Source: the human T2T-CHM13v2.0 reference genome, Homo sapiens. Taken from it: a stretch of DNA of 64,000 bases. Both the position numbers and the translations under genes were made by a program. The stretch lies in assembly GCF_009914755.1 (NCBI RefSeq), contig NC_060934.1, one strand, 5' to 3'. Positions 13,309-25,182 of the stretch are shown piece by piece. The notes under the pieces are model-generated. The model saw nothing but the letters and a program-made list of their open reading frames with translations, ran no database searches and had not been told where the DNA came from. Positions within the stretch are counted from its first letter, which is position 1; every line of letters begins with the position of its first letter.

Positions 13309-13994
13309 AAATGGAGGGGCACATTAGAACATCTGTGCAGTCACCACTCTACTCTAGCTGCCTGAAGGCACTGGCCTCTTTACCAGTGTTGGAGACAGTA
13401 GAAATATCTCCTTTCCATGACCCCTTACAGACCAACTAAATGGTCAAAATGCTCACCTTCAGCTTCTGGGAAAATACCCCTGTAATCAGCAGCTTGGGAA
13501 GAGGCCCAGAACATAGTCATTTTAAAAGTTTCACTTATAAGGAGTTGCTAAGACACGTAATATTAATATCTGTTTTGTTCTCACAGTTACAAGAGAGTTG
13601 GAAAATAAATGAGGGTTATTTTTCTCTTTTTTTTTTGTTTTTAACTTTCACAGAGTGACCAAGCTGAGAGTGCCAGAAGTTGGGCATTTTGTGCCCTCAG
13701 GGGGAAATTACCACTTTTATGTTTTTGAAAATATAAATTCACTGAGGGAATGGATTGCCTAAAAGGGAATAGGTCTCAGAACACCAGAAAAAGGAGATGT
13801 GGTTTGACCCAGAAAGGAGAGAACCGGATTTCCTCACTCCTATTCAAGGTTGGCTACCTTCTAGATACTCCAGGTGGGCATGTTCACATAAATACTTGAA
13901 AAAAATCTCTCCACTGCATCCCAGCCAGGGCAAAATGTCCCATGCCCAAGCTTAGCAAGACGTAGGGAGAAACACTTGCCTTCAGAGAGCCTAG

Positions 13995-14047
13995 AGTGTG
14001 TGTATGTATTTATGTGTGAATGTGTGTGTTTGTGTATGAATGTGTGT
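13995..14047. repeat. Degenerate (TG)n tract
   Basis: gtgtgtgtatgtatttatgtgtgaatgtgtgtgtttgtgtatgaatgtgtgt. Confidence 0.7.
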
Positions 14048-14182
14048 ACCCTGGCTAACAAGCATCTCAAAGACAGTCATGATGGTTTGAAGAAAAGAGT
14101 CCTCTTTCACCAATTTAAAGATTGGATATACCCTCTGGCTCTACTGAATAACTCCCTAGAGAGAAGGAGAACTCCCTAAATA

Positions 14183-15415
14183 TAAGAGGATTTCAGAAGG
14201 TTCATGGAGAATGTAATTAAAAGATAAAAACCAAAAATGTAAACTTTATTTCTCAACATAAGCTTCATCAATTCAAGACGCTTTTAGAAGCGATGATATC
14301 AGTCCATCCCTAAAGAATTGAGGGTCATGGGAATTTCACCATGTCAATAAAGTCTTTTTCACATTATTAACTGCAGAAAAATGGGTGCCTTTTACGGATT
14401 CTTTTAGGATTAGAAAACAAAAACAGAAGGTACCAAATCAGGACTGTAAGGGGGATGCTTAATTATTTCTTACTGAGACTCTCACAAAATTGTCCTTGTT
14501 TGATGAGAGGAATGAGCAGGAACATTGTCATGGTGGAGAAGGTTTTCCCAGGCATTTTTCTGCTAAATCTTTGGCTAACTTCCTCAAAACACTCTCACAA
14601 TAAACAGATGTTATTGTTCTTTGGCCCTCCAGAAAGTCAACAAGCAAAATACCTTGAGCATCCCACAGAACTGTTGCCGTAACCTTTGCTCTTGACTGGA
14701 TCACTTCCATCTGTTGGTAGCCATTACTTTGATTGTGCTTTGTCTTCAGGATTGTTCTAGTAAAGTCACATTTCATCTCCTGTTACAATTCTTTGAAGAA
14801 ATGGTTAAGAATCTTGATCCCACTTGTTTAAAATTTCCATTGAAAGCTCTGCTCTTTTTATGAAGCTAATCTTGGTGGAATGGTTTTGGCATTAATCAAG
14901 TGGAAATTTTGCTCAACTTAAATTTTCCAGTCAGAATTGTGCACACTGAATGAATTGAAATGTCTGTGGTGTTGGCTATTGTTTGTGCTATTTATTGTTG
15001 GTCCTCTTCAATTAGGGCACAAACAAGATGCATTTTTTTCTCACAAACTGATGTAGATGGTTTGTCACTGAGGGCTTTATCTTCACCATTGCCTTGTTCT
15101 TTGTTAAAACGTCATATCCCTTTGTAATCTGATTTCTTTGGATCATTGTCCTCATAAACTGTGAAGCACCAACAATTTCACCATTCTTCCACCCAAGCTT
15201 CCTTATAAACTTGATGTTTACCTCTGCTTTAATTTTAGCAGAATTAATGTTGCTATGATAGGGTCTCTTTCAAAGTGATTTCTTATCCTTCATAGTGCTT
15301 CAAACTAAATCCTATTTAGACATGTTATAACAAGTTAGTATGAGTTTATTTTGGTGCAAAAAAATTTGAAATTCATAAATAGTTGTGTCATAATTTTCCA
15401 TAAACTTTTACAAAG
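14183..15415 (-). mobile_element. Near full-length HSMAR2 mariner DNA transposon (dead transposase)
   Basis: Minus-strand peptide SRAKVTATVLWDAQGILLVDFLEGQRTITS..LRKLAK; mariner motifs IVTGDE (~14772-14789), HHDNVP (~14518-14535), PYSPDLVPS (~14425-14452); decayed terminal inverted repeats at both ends, TA at 14181-14182; ~1.23 kb. Confidence 0.95.
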
Positions 15416-15511
15416 AACATTTGCATGTCTAAGATTCAATTTATTAACTCTCTGATTAGTGAGGGGCTTAGCACAAGAGTAAATTTGATTTAGAACAAAT
15501 GAAGCAAGGTA

Positions 15512-15577
15512 ACATCTGTTTTATCCCTATTATCCCTTAGACATCTATTTTATCCCTGATATCCCTTAGACATCTAT
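15512..15577. repeat. 29-bp tandem repeat, 2.3 copies
   Basis: acatctgttttatccctattatcccttag / acatctattttatccctgatatcccttag / acatctat (3 mismatches between the full units). Confidence 0.9.
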
Positions 15578-15925
15578 CAATAAAACTTAGCTACTATAAC
15601 TTGATTTTAGTATTGTATACAGATCCCAATTTAGTTCTGGATGGAATTGAGGGCTGAAAAACTGGAAAATGAAGGAAGAATAGAAGAAATGTTAAGTAAA
15701 GTAGTTGGAAAGAAGGAGAGGGATTTAAAATGTTTGGTTAAGGGAGGAAGAGAAGGCTTCATTACAGACTGTGAATTGTGGGTACACCTGTGCAAGGGGG
15801 TGACTGTGTGCAATATATGTGTGGGAGTGACTAGACATATTTACAATAGGTGAGAGAAGAAATGGGAAAGGCAATAGGCTTAGCACTATTTTCTAATTTT
15901 GGAGCTGCTTGAGAATTTCTGTGGT

Positions 15926-16425
15926 TGTTGTGGGACAGTTATCTGAATAGCCTTGGACTGACCCACTTCCTTTTCCTTTCTCATTTATAGTTCTCAAGAA
16001 AAACTGTAGAATGTGCTGGGAATGCAATGTCTCAATATAAAGAGAAATTGGCTGAAAACACCCTGGGCTTTGTTTCTGTCCTTCCCAGAACAAGACATTT
16101 TACACACTGTAGCTCAGCGTGTCACATAATCCTGGGGTATATAACTCAGAGTGGGCTACTTTTCAGGGTCCCTCAGCTGAAGTATGATATGTGGAATGCA
16201 CAGACAAGATTCCCTCTGCCCCGTGTAGTTTTCCTGAGCCTTGGAAAACTGGCTTGTCTTAAATCATTGGCTTCTACTGTCCCTTGTTGCCTACCTGTGA
16301 GTAATAAAGTTATTTCACTCAACTCGTTTTGTGAGTATTCCATCTCACTCATGAAACAGGTAGAAATTACTACCCAAGATGAATGGGCTGAAGGGATAAC
16401 CAGTGCAACATGAACCTGCTTTGCA
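15926..16425 (+). mobile_element. Solo ERVL LTR (LTR40-like), ~500 bp
   Basis: TG...CA termini (tgttgtgggacag ... tgaacctgctttgca), TATATAA at ~16138, AATAAA at 16303, internal gttctcaagaaaaactgtagaatgtgctgggaatgcaa; family name from recall. Confidence 0.8.
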
Positions 16426-17282
16426 GTTGCTTAGGGCCTGACTTTCAAAGTTGTTCATGATCTTAGTTTTTGAGAGACATGACAACTATGCATGCTCATT
16501 GACCAACAGCACTGTGCTGCAGCTTTACCAATATCTCTGGGCTCTTGAGGCATAAGAAACAAAGCCAAAGATAACATCTTATTGAGAAGCTGAGTTGACC
16601 TTCTTTGGGTTGCATCCCTAATTTACACTTTCTTCCTTGGGAACTGCCCCGAGTCATAGCCGTTGCTGAAGGGATGGGTCTGAGTAGCTGCTTCTTCTGT
16701 TTCCCCCTCCTGTCACAATCTATCAGAATAGAGATCAACTCAGTTTGCCAGAGACAAGCCGTATTGTTTGTCTTGCAAGTCTGATGTTAAAGACTCTGAG
16801 TGTGTACTCATAGGAAGATGCATGCTTACATGCAGCTACCATGTAGTAATAGGGCTGGGACAGGGTATATTTTCAGCCACATGCTTTCCTGATTAATAAG
16901 AAGAGCCCTCAAAGTGACACAGGAGAGGAAAGGAGACAAGAAAAGAGAAGCAGGGAAGAGAGACCAATTGGCTTCAGAGGGAAAGACAGAGAGAAGCAGA
17001 GCAGTTGCCTTGGTCACACGACATTTGTGTTCCTAAGTCATCAAAGACCTTTCCTTGCACTTTCCCCATATCCTTCCAATCTCCCTGCTTTATTTGAGCT
17101 TAGTTTAAATGAGTGTCTATTCTTTGCAGTCCGCAATTTCTGATAAAGAAGAGAAGCTATCATTTAATGAGGGGGCTTTATAAAAAGGAGATTAACAAAA
17201 ATGGCTGTCCCTGTCCCAGCCCTCTATAAGAATACAGAAAAAGAACACTTATGAGAGGACCCTCTAATCCTAGGGAAAATAA

Positions 17283-17490
17283 ATGTTTATTAAGCCAAAT
17301 TTCCGTGTCTGCCATTGTGCTTTACAAATGATTTTTCATTTAATTCTCACAACAATCCTGCAAGGTATGTAATTATTTATCCCCATTTTACAGATAAAGG
17401 CAGAGACCCAGAAAAGTCAAGTAATCTTTCACTTTACATGAAAGACCCAGGAATCAAAATCAGATCCTTTTATTCCTTCTAACATACTCT
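17283..17490 (-). mobile_element. MIR
   Basis: tcatttaattctcacaacaatcctgcaagg...atccccattttacagataaagg. Confidence 0.8.
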
Positions 17491-17583
17491 TTCATCTGAA
17501 TTCATGTAAACTGGGATTTTGAAATTTTTCTTTCCCCATGGTACTGCTTTAAAATTTCACACAGTTTGTTAGCCTTGATAAGT

Positions 17584-17640
17584 AAAGTACTTTTAGTATT
17601 TGTGTCAGCATTGGCCTTTGTGTCCTCACATTTGCTATTT
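17584..17640 (+). repeat. Copy 1 of 57-bp dispersed direct repeat
   Basis: 51/57 identical, ungapped, to 19721-19777. Confidence 0.9.
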
Positions 17641-19720
17641 TTGAACTTAGAAATGTTATTCCTGATTCTCTGGGAACTTATGAAAAATTTTTACCTGTGC
17701 TTCTACTCTGGGACTTTCAGACTCTGAAGAACTTCTGAAACTGTTGAGAAAGTGTTGTTGAAACCAAAGGGATTCAGAGGATGCTAAAGGAATCTGGATA
17801 AATTTAAGAAGAATGCAGGGTAATTATTCTGAAGAGCCCAATAATTCCTGCTAGTGTACTGTTAGCTTAGTAATTTGTGGGAGCCACCTGGTTGGCCGTG
17901 ATTGTATAATGTAAGAAATTACTGGAAGAATGTTAAGACATTACTTATGAGACTTAAAATTTAGAGGGAAAAAAATATCTTGGAATCTGCCCTGAGGAAG
18001 TTCTGAATGGATTCCAGGCACACCATACTGTTCTTTACTGATTGATGTTCTGTTTAGTTAAATCCTGCTGTTTTGCAGTTTCAGTGCCATCCTATAACTT
18101 CATAGAAATTCCCTGAGGCAAAATTAGCATCTGTCTCCTATTCCTCATCACCTTAAAGAATTAGTGCTAAGGACTGTGAGAAAATGTTTTAGGAAATTAT
18201 GAGATGCTTAAATCTGCCCATCAATCAAAACCTTTTCTAATTCCTAAAGAATATTTTAGGATATTTTCAATAAAATTGCAGGTGGCACTTAAACTAATTC
18301 AGATAAAATTATAGTACTTAAAATCTATATTGTACATGCTTTTAACCCCTGAAGGATGCTGAACATCTAGGATATCTATGGATTTTGAAATGTATTTTTC
18401 AAGGAGAGAATTTGAATTTGAGCTCCTTTGCATGAATGCAAACTCAAAAGTCTGGCTGTTATGAGTTTTGATCATACAACATGAATGGGGAGACCTACTT
18501 ATTAAAGATAACTGTATGGGATTCCATTAAGGGATGCTCATGAAATGTAGATTTTCAGTTTATTGTAAACCATCCAACAGTTTTTGAGCAGGAACCCCCG
18601 TGAGAGAGATCCACTTTCCCATCAGATTTCCATTAAGATCCATTTGCCAGAGCCGCTGTTTGTTACTCTGCTCTTGGAATGTCTTGAGAATCAATCATTC
18701 AGTTTTATTTGCCTGAATGTCATGTGATTATAAAAACACATGGTCAAAGGTTTGCGATCAGTCAATCATAACAAACGCTCCTTATATTTGTTTTTGTGTA
18801 GCTGTGCATTTCAGTTATTGGAGCAAAACTTGTTGATGCTTGCTTCAGTGGGAGGTGTAAGGACCAAAAATTGGCTTTGTTTGTAATAACTGCAGGCTTT
18901 GTCATGATTATTTTTTGCAAGTTTCTTCTAGGGTCATAATCACTTCCATGCTATGTTGTAGTATTAAACTCTCAAAGTTAATGCCATGTAGGTACTGTCA
19001 CAGACTAAGAGCTGAATGTGCTAGTCTCTCATTCCTAATAATGCTCCAACTCTTCTTCTCTGGGATATAATTAAATAGGAATGGGAATTCTGAAAAAGAT
19101 TTAAACACTGACATGAAATGTTTGAAAATTGCAACTGGCATTCCTTTTGCAAGAGTCCTAAGACCCACTGGCCTCTGAGACTGAAGACCGAAAGTTTTAT
19201 CCATTTCTCTTTTTCTGGTTTTATAACTAAAATTGATTCAAACATTTGCCAAATATAATTCAGACTTTCTGGTTACAGGCCAAGTGTTCACACTAAGCAT
19301 TATGAATTTGCAATGAATTCATAACATTTAGTATTCATGGTAATAACACTGATCATTATGAAAAGATTTAATATTCATGAGGGTTACACTGCTATTTTCT
19401 CAGGTGCCATGATAATTTTTAATAATAGTTCAGCATTTCTTAATGGGCAGTTGGCATAATAGAGTGTGATCCAAGAGTCTTGGTTAAAGGATATTAGAAG
19501 AAAGAAAGCAGGGCATTAATACAAATTTTAAAACTTGATCTTCCATGAAAACATTTGATCAGTATTATTCTATATTATTAAAAAAAGCTGTCTCTGTTAA
19601 ATGCCTCTGAAATGTCAAACAAATCTCTCCATTGCGTATTCAAGCTGATGACTGGCACAGTTCACAGTTTAAAAGGGGAGGGAAAACAAAAATATCTGCA
19701 AGACCATTTTTCTGAGGGAA

Positions 19721-19777
19721 AAAGTACTTTTAGTATTTGTTTCAGTGTTGGCCTTTGTGTCCTTAAATTTGCTTTTT
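19721..19777 (+). repeat. Copy 2 of 57-bp dispersed direct repeat
   Basis: 51/57 identical, ungapped, to 17584-17640. Confidence 0.9.
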
Positions 19778-20424
19778 ACCAGCGCATACACTTCAGAGTA
19801 TTTTTTTTTCCAGCACGCCATCTGTTTCTTTGCAATTGGGGATGGTTGAATAATTTCCTGAGGAATTGCTGACAAGATGTGTCCCAGGAACAGTAATCCA
19901 GCAGGACTAGATTTCTCATTAAAATCGCTAAGCTCAGCTGTGTTATAGCAAGCTCTTGATTTAAGGTGGTCACCCTGGGCCAGCGAAGGTCAGCGGCCAC
20001 CAGCTACCCATTTTTTTCTAAATATAAGACTGTAACATCTATGTATATACACTGCAAATGATGCCAAGTACAGGATCATTTAGGTTGGAAAGTGTCACTC
20101 ATCCCAAAGGGATTTTCTTGGGGTCACCTTGGTAGCAGTGATCATCCTCGTTTACCTTCACATAGTACTGCCTCTCATCCCCTGAGGTGAGTGATTTATG
20201 GGTGAACATCTCCCACTCATTACACCATTTTAGCTTACACTACTCTACTGCCCCTTTCTTCCCCAGTCCACAGATAAACTGGGATGCATATGTGCTTTTC
20301 TGGAACTTTCCATGGTTCTTTTAGCAGAGCCTGACCCTTTTCCCGCGTTGCTCTTGAACTGCTGGCTGATGGCAGGAGGCATCTAGAATTAGCAAGATTC
20401 TTAAGCAGGGCAGATTGGAATATG

Positions 20425-20585
20425 AACTTTAGCTATGTTATCTCACTTAATGTCCATAGCAACCCCATGACTTAGATATTATTATTTTTCTCTTTTTACA
20501 GATAAGAAAACTGAGTCTTGGGGCATTTAATAACTTGCCCCCAAACACACAGCTATTTAGTAACAAACCAGGAGTTTGTAACATC
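20425..20585 (-). mobile_element. MIR
   Basis: tctcacttaatgtccatagcaaccccatga...ttttacagataagaaaactgag...taacttgccc. Confidence 0.8.
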
Positions 20586-20645
20586 TTGCCAGCTTTCATT
20601 ACCACCTCCAGAGCATGTAGTCTTATAATTCTATATTTCTAGAGT

Positions 20646-20830
20646 AGTGTGTCCCAGAATGTTGTCAACTGATCACCAAAATCAGATGCAGCAGGAATGA
20701 CTGTTAAAAATAAAATCCCTGCTCCACACTTCAGACACACTGAATCAGAATCTCTGGGTTGGTGGGTGCCTGGAGTTCTTAACAAGCTCCCCTGGTAATT
20801 CTGTTGCACACTAAAATATGAGAACCACTG
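20646..20830. mobile_element. MER5-type hAT-Charlie MITE
   Basis: actgaatcagaatctctggg...ttaacaagctcccctggtaattctgttgcacactaaaatatgagaaccactg. Confidence 0.8.
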
Positions 20831-22640
20831 TCCTACGGAATAATAAATGTTATTTAATTAATTGGTTCATTAAATATTGAACAGTTAAAGTCATTATAAA
20901 GCTAAGAGTTGAGCTGGGTGAAATTAAAAGTAAAACTATAAAGCTATGGTGGAGGTGGGGGTGGGGTTGAGGCCCAGAAAAGAGAACCAGGGAGGGACCC
21001 TCTTCTGTGGAATAAATCATAGCAAGGTTTTGCCATCAGATTTTGGTACTCAGTAACAATGATGGCCTTAAATGGAATGAATCCTGCTTTACTACCTTGT
21101 TTTGCAAGTTTCAGTTGACCCAGTTGTAGGTGGACCCAACCACTCTGCCTGCACTTTTGCTATGGTCTCTCACTTCTCTGGAAGAAAACAGAAAAAGAGG
21201 CAGCTTTATGTTTGTACGGACTGTGCTCTGCCTAAGGAGGTCCCCATTTCAGTGAAAGATTCATCATGTCATGTTTCTTCTTACTTTCTCCATAAAAACT
21301 TGACTAAATTTGGATGGACACCTCTAAAGAGACACCATGAGTTTCATTTTCCAGCCAGCCATTTTGAGGTAAAAAAAGTTGTTTAGTTTTTATATTATAC
21401 AATGTCTTGGATTGAACTTGATAAGGTTTGCAAAAGAGAATTGCTGTTGAACTCATCAGTTCTTGATAACAGATTTGAACTGGCTTATGAAAGGAAGAGG
21501 AGTATTTGTTTTAAGGGTATAGAGTCGTCACAAGGAGCCCAACAGCGTGAATGCTGACAGGCAGTAGAATGCATTTAGAAACATGAACAGCAGTTCCCAG
21601 AACTTTCTCCCTGTCTCAAAGGATTGCTCCATCTCTCTGCATTACTCTTTGCTATTTCTTAGGCTGGTGGAAGGTAGCCACATCACAGGTGCCCATTTCA
21701 CATCTCCTCTATTTAAAACAAAAGCTCAGATTGTTTCTTAGATCCCACTTCAATTATGGGGGTAAAAAGATCTAATTATTTAGCCTGGGGCAAGTCTCTT
21801 GGCCAAGTGGATGCCTGTAGCAGGCAGAGAACCTAGGATGTGGGTGAGGGTCGTACAACTGGCAGGGGAGGAAAAGATTCCTACCTTCCCAGTAAAGAGG
21901 GATGGGGAAGATGGTCCAAAAGTTGATCCTTTAAGAAATGAACCAGAACATACCTTGTCAACGCCCTGAATCTTGTTTTCTCTTTGGGTGGGAGACAGGT
22001 GAGGTATAGAATTGGAAAAGGAATGCAAGAAACACAGCTTTCCATAGAAAAACCAGAATTTTGCAAATCCTCTGAAATTTGACCTCAGCTTTCTTCTTTG
22101 CTCTTGAGGTATCTTCTCCTGAGGGTGACAGTCATCCATCCCGGAGAAAAAATACACAAACAAAAACCATGTTAGTTATTTGAGGTATGGGTTTTATATG
22201 TAATGCATCTTGCAATTAAATCCTAATGACATAATATTATGTGCATAACTTTTTATGCATGACTTAATGTCATCATCTTGAAGTAATATTCATCATAAGT
22301 ATGGGAAGGGTAGTAATGTTTCCAATTTGACATTTAATCAGGTGGTGAAAGTCCACACCTATTTCATCTATAATGACATCTTAACTAGGGATCTTTATGA
22401 AGTATTTGTATAACAGAGAAGAAATGACATTTGATGGCAACTTCTCTCAGTCATTTCCATAAATCTTAGCGGCCAATTCTCTTTATAGAACAAAGATGAA
22501 AACCAATGTTGTATCATTCCGACAATCCCAGCTGCTGGTCTGAAAATACCAGGACTGATGTATTCCTCAATTGAAGGGAGAAGCAGTGTATTCTAGGATA
22601 GTTTTGATGTCTTCAATTAGTAAGTATTTATTGCCTATGG

Positions 22641-23039
22641 CACAGGTTAAAAAGTGGCGACCTGTGGGCTGGACTTGTCCTGCAAATGTGTGTGCATATG
22701 TATATGTATACGTGTCAGGGGCAGGACTATATTTATATCTGTATAGAGAGAGTCTAAAAATGTCTAATTGGTTGCCAACATTTAAAAGTTAGAATATTTC
22801 ACATAAAAATCCAGATTTCAAGCTTTACTTGAAAAATCAGGAGATGTGGCAGCACTAAGTTTACATATTTACAAGGTAATATTGGTTAGAAATCTGGAGT
22901 AGGAAGGGCCCTTTAGACGAAGCACATACTCCCAGTTTGCTACTATTCCCACCACTCCCTACCATTTGTACTTTTGACCAATTATATTCATTTGCATTTG
23001 CCATGCTTGTTCCTGTGAACATTTGCATTTTCAATTCTG
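22641..23039 (+). mobile_element. MER102-type hAT-Charlie element
   Basis: gttgccaacatttaaaag...tttcacataaaaatccagatttc...ttgaaaaatcaggagatgtggcagcact...ccctttagacg...cccaccactcccta. Confidence 0.75.
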
Positions 23040-23863
23040 TATATGTTCATAGCACATTAAGTTAATTTGTACTAGAATGTTCTCTTAAGCTGTGTAAACT
23101 TAAAACAAACAAGCTTCTTCTCATTATTAAAAAAAATGGATGGCTTGATAAAAAACAGAGATCTAGCACCAAATAAGATGCAATAGCTTTGTGACATAAT
23201 TAATTCCAGTTCCTGCTTTATTTCTACACCATGATGTGTGAAAAAAGGAAGCATTGGAGTTAATCAAGTTAACCATTTACGGAGGGAGGCTACCGATGAT
23301 CCTAGTTGCCTTAGTTCTTGGGCCTTAATCCATGGAGCTGAGTTATCTGCCCTTTATTCAAGTTCATTTATGTGACCATTTCCCCAGATTCATGCCCTCT
23401 AAACAGAAGATTTCTTGGCAGGAAGTTGGTTTGAGCCCAAAAGGTGAGAATAAAATTTACTTTTCATTTCTTTCTGTTTCTGTGTTTGGTAGCCTCCAAA
23501 ATGATTATCATGGTGTAAATCTTTCTTCCTAATGTCTTAGTAGGGCAATGTTGGAAGTTGGTGGAAGGACATACATAGGCAGAGAAGTGAATGAACACAT
23601 CTGATTTTTAATGTTGGAGGTTTTAGCCATGAAATACTCCTATCCTATCTACTCATCCTGAATCAGTAAATTGCTCATACTCCTGAAATTTGATGAGGGC
23701 AACAGCTTAAAACAGACCATTTTACAGATCCCTCAAATAACTTGCTAAATTTCCCCTTGGGCCCAGGCTAATTTAAATCCTACCTTCTCAGTAAAAGAGC
23801 CCCTGTTTCTGCCAAAGTAGGCTGAATTCACCCTACTAAATCTCTATTATACTCCATGTTTTA

Positions 23864-24572
23864 CCAGCATTTTCCAAACTGCTATCAACTGAATTGCATC
23901 CCCCTCTCTCCACCCCTACAAACTCATATGTTGAAGCCCTTATGCCCAAGGTGACTGTATATGGAGACAGGACTTTTAGGAGTTAATTAGGTTAAATTAG
24001 GTCCTAAGGGTGGGGTATTAATCTTGTAAGATTTGTGGCCTTATGAGAAAAGGAAGAGAGAGAGCGAGAGAGAGAGATCTTTCTTTCTCATCATGTAGAG
24101 ACATAGTGAAAAGACAGCTATCTGCAAGTCAGAAAAAGAGCCCTCACCAGAAACTTACCACACTGGCAACTTACTTTTGAACTTCCAACCTCCAGAACTG
24201 TGAGAAAATAAATTGCTTATGGTGAATCCACCCAGTCTATGGTATTTTGTTATGGTAGCCCACGAAGCCTAAGACACAAACCATGTCCTAAAAAATATTG
24301 TAGCCCAGCAGATGGTAATAAGTGTTGCAATATGAGGGGAAGGTTGGAATGATCAAGTAATTTTGGAAGTACTGAATTAATTTAAATAGGATTCTTTATC
24401 ACATGACTTCTCAAAACCTTTAATTGTTAATGTACATTTATAAATCTCTAAAGGGAGATATTTTACGCAGGGTTTTCTAAACTTATTTAACCATAGAACA
24501 CGTTTCTGGAGAAACACATTTTAATATCTTGAGCAAAACTAATGTTCTATGAAGCACGATTTAGAAAATGCA
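23864..24572. mobile_element. hAT-Charlie MITE (MER103C-like) split by an MLT1A LTR
   Basis: Starts cagcattttccaaac, resumes after 24281 with ...gacttctcaaaacctttaat...taatgtacatt...aatctctaaagggagata...aaacttatttaacca...tttagaaaatgc. Confidence 0.6.
23880..24276 (+). mobile_element. MLT1A-type MaLR solo LTR with perfect 5-bp TSD
   Basis: tgcta...tcatatgttgaagccct...cctccagaactgtgagaaaataaatt...ctaagaca; TSD CAAAC at 23875-23879 and 24277-24281. Confidence 0.92.
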
Positions 24573-24679
24573 TATCTATTAATCTAAAAATTATTTTAAA
24601 ACTGCTTTATGGTATCTTTTATTCTGTTGGATTGTTACTTTACTTATTTGTTTGTTTTCCATCAACAAAAATTTAATTA

Positions 24680-25010
24680 GGACCTTCTGAGTGTCAAGTG
24701 CTATGCTATTTGATCTCCCAACTTCATGCAATTTAATCATCCTAACCACCCCATGATCATGATTTTACAGATTATGAGACTGAGGCTCAAATTAATTGGC
24801 TCAAAATAATCATTAGCAGAGAATATGAGTTGGTCTGATTTTATAGTCTATGCTTTTTTTCCCTGATCTCCCCCAAATCCACACAGAGAGGGCTATTGAG
24901 ATTGAGAAGTTCAGTAATCTGTACAGCACCTCACAGTTAATAGAGTGATGGTCTTGATTTGAAAACCTGGCTTATTAGACTCCAAAGCCTCTGCTCTTTC
25001 CACTAGAACA
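24680..25010 (-). mobile_element. MIR fragments
   Basis: atttaatcatcctaaccaccccatga...ttttacagattatgagactgaggctca; gactccaaagcctctgctctttccacta. Confidence 0.6.
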
Positions 25011-25182
25011 TGTATATTCTAGGCCAGGGGATCTTCATGAGCCAAGCCATAGAGGAGGACAGGCACAGCATACATTTAGGAAACAGCACATTTAGCTGAA
25101 ACACAGTTTGTAGAGAGTGGAAGGGTGTCAGGTGCAACTGAGAAGGTATGCTGGGGAGGGATTGCGAATTTTTTGACACTAT

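Noticed and set aside
14455-14776. Transposase-like ORF as a possible domesticated gene
   Set aside because: Stops, frameshifts and apparent loss of the third catalytic Asp indicate neutral decay.
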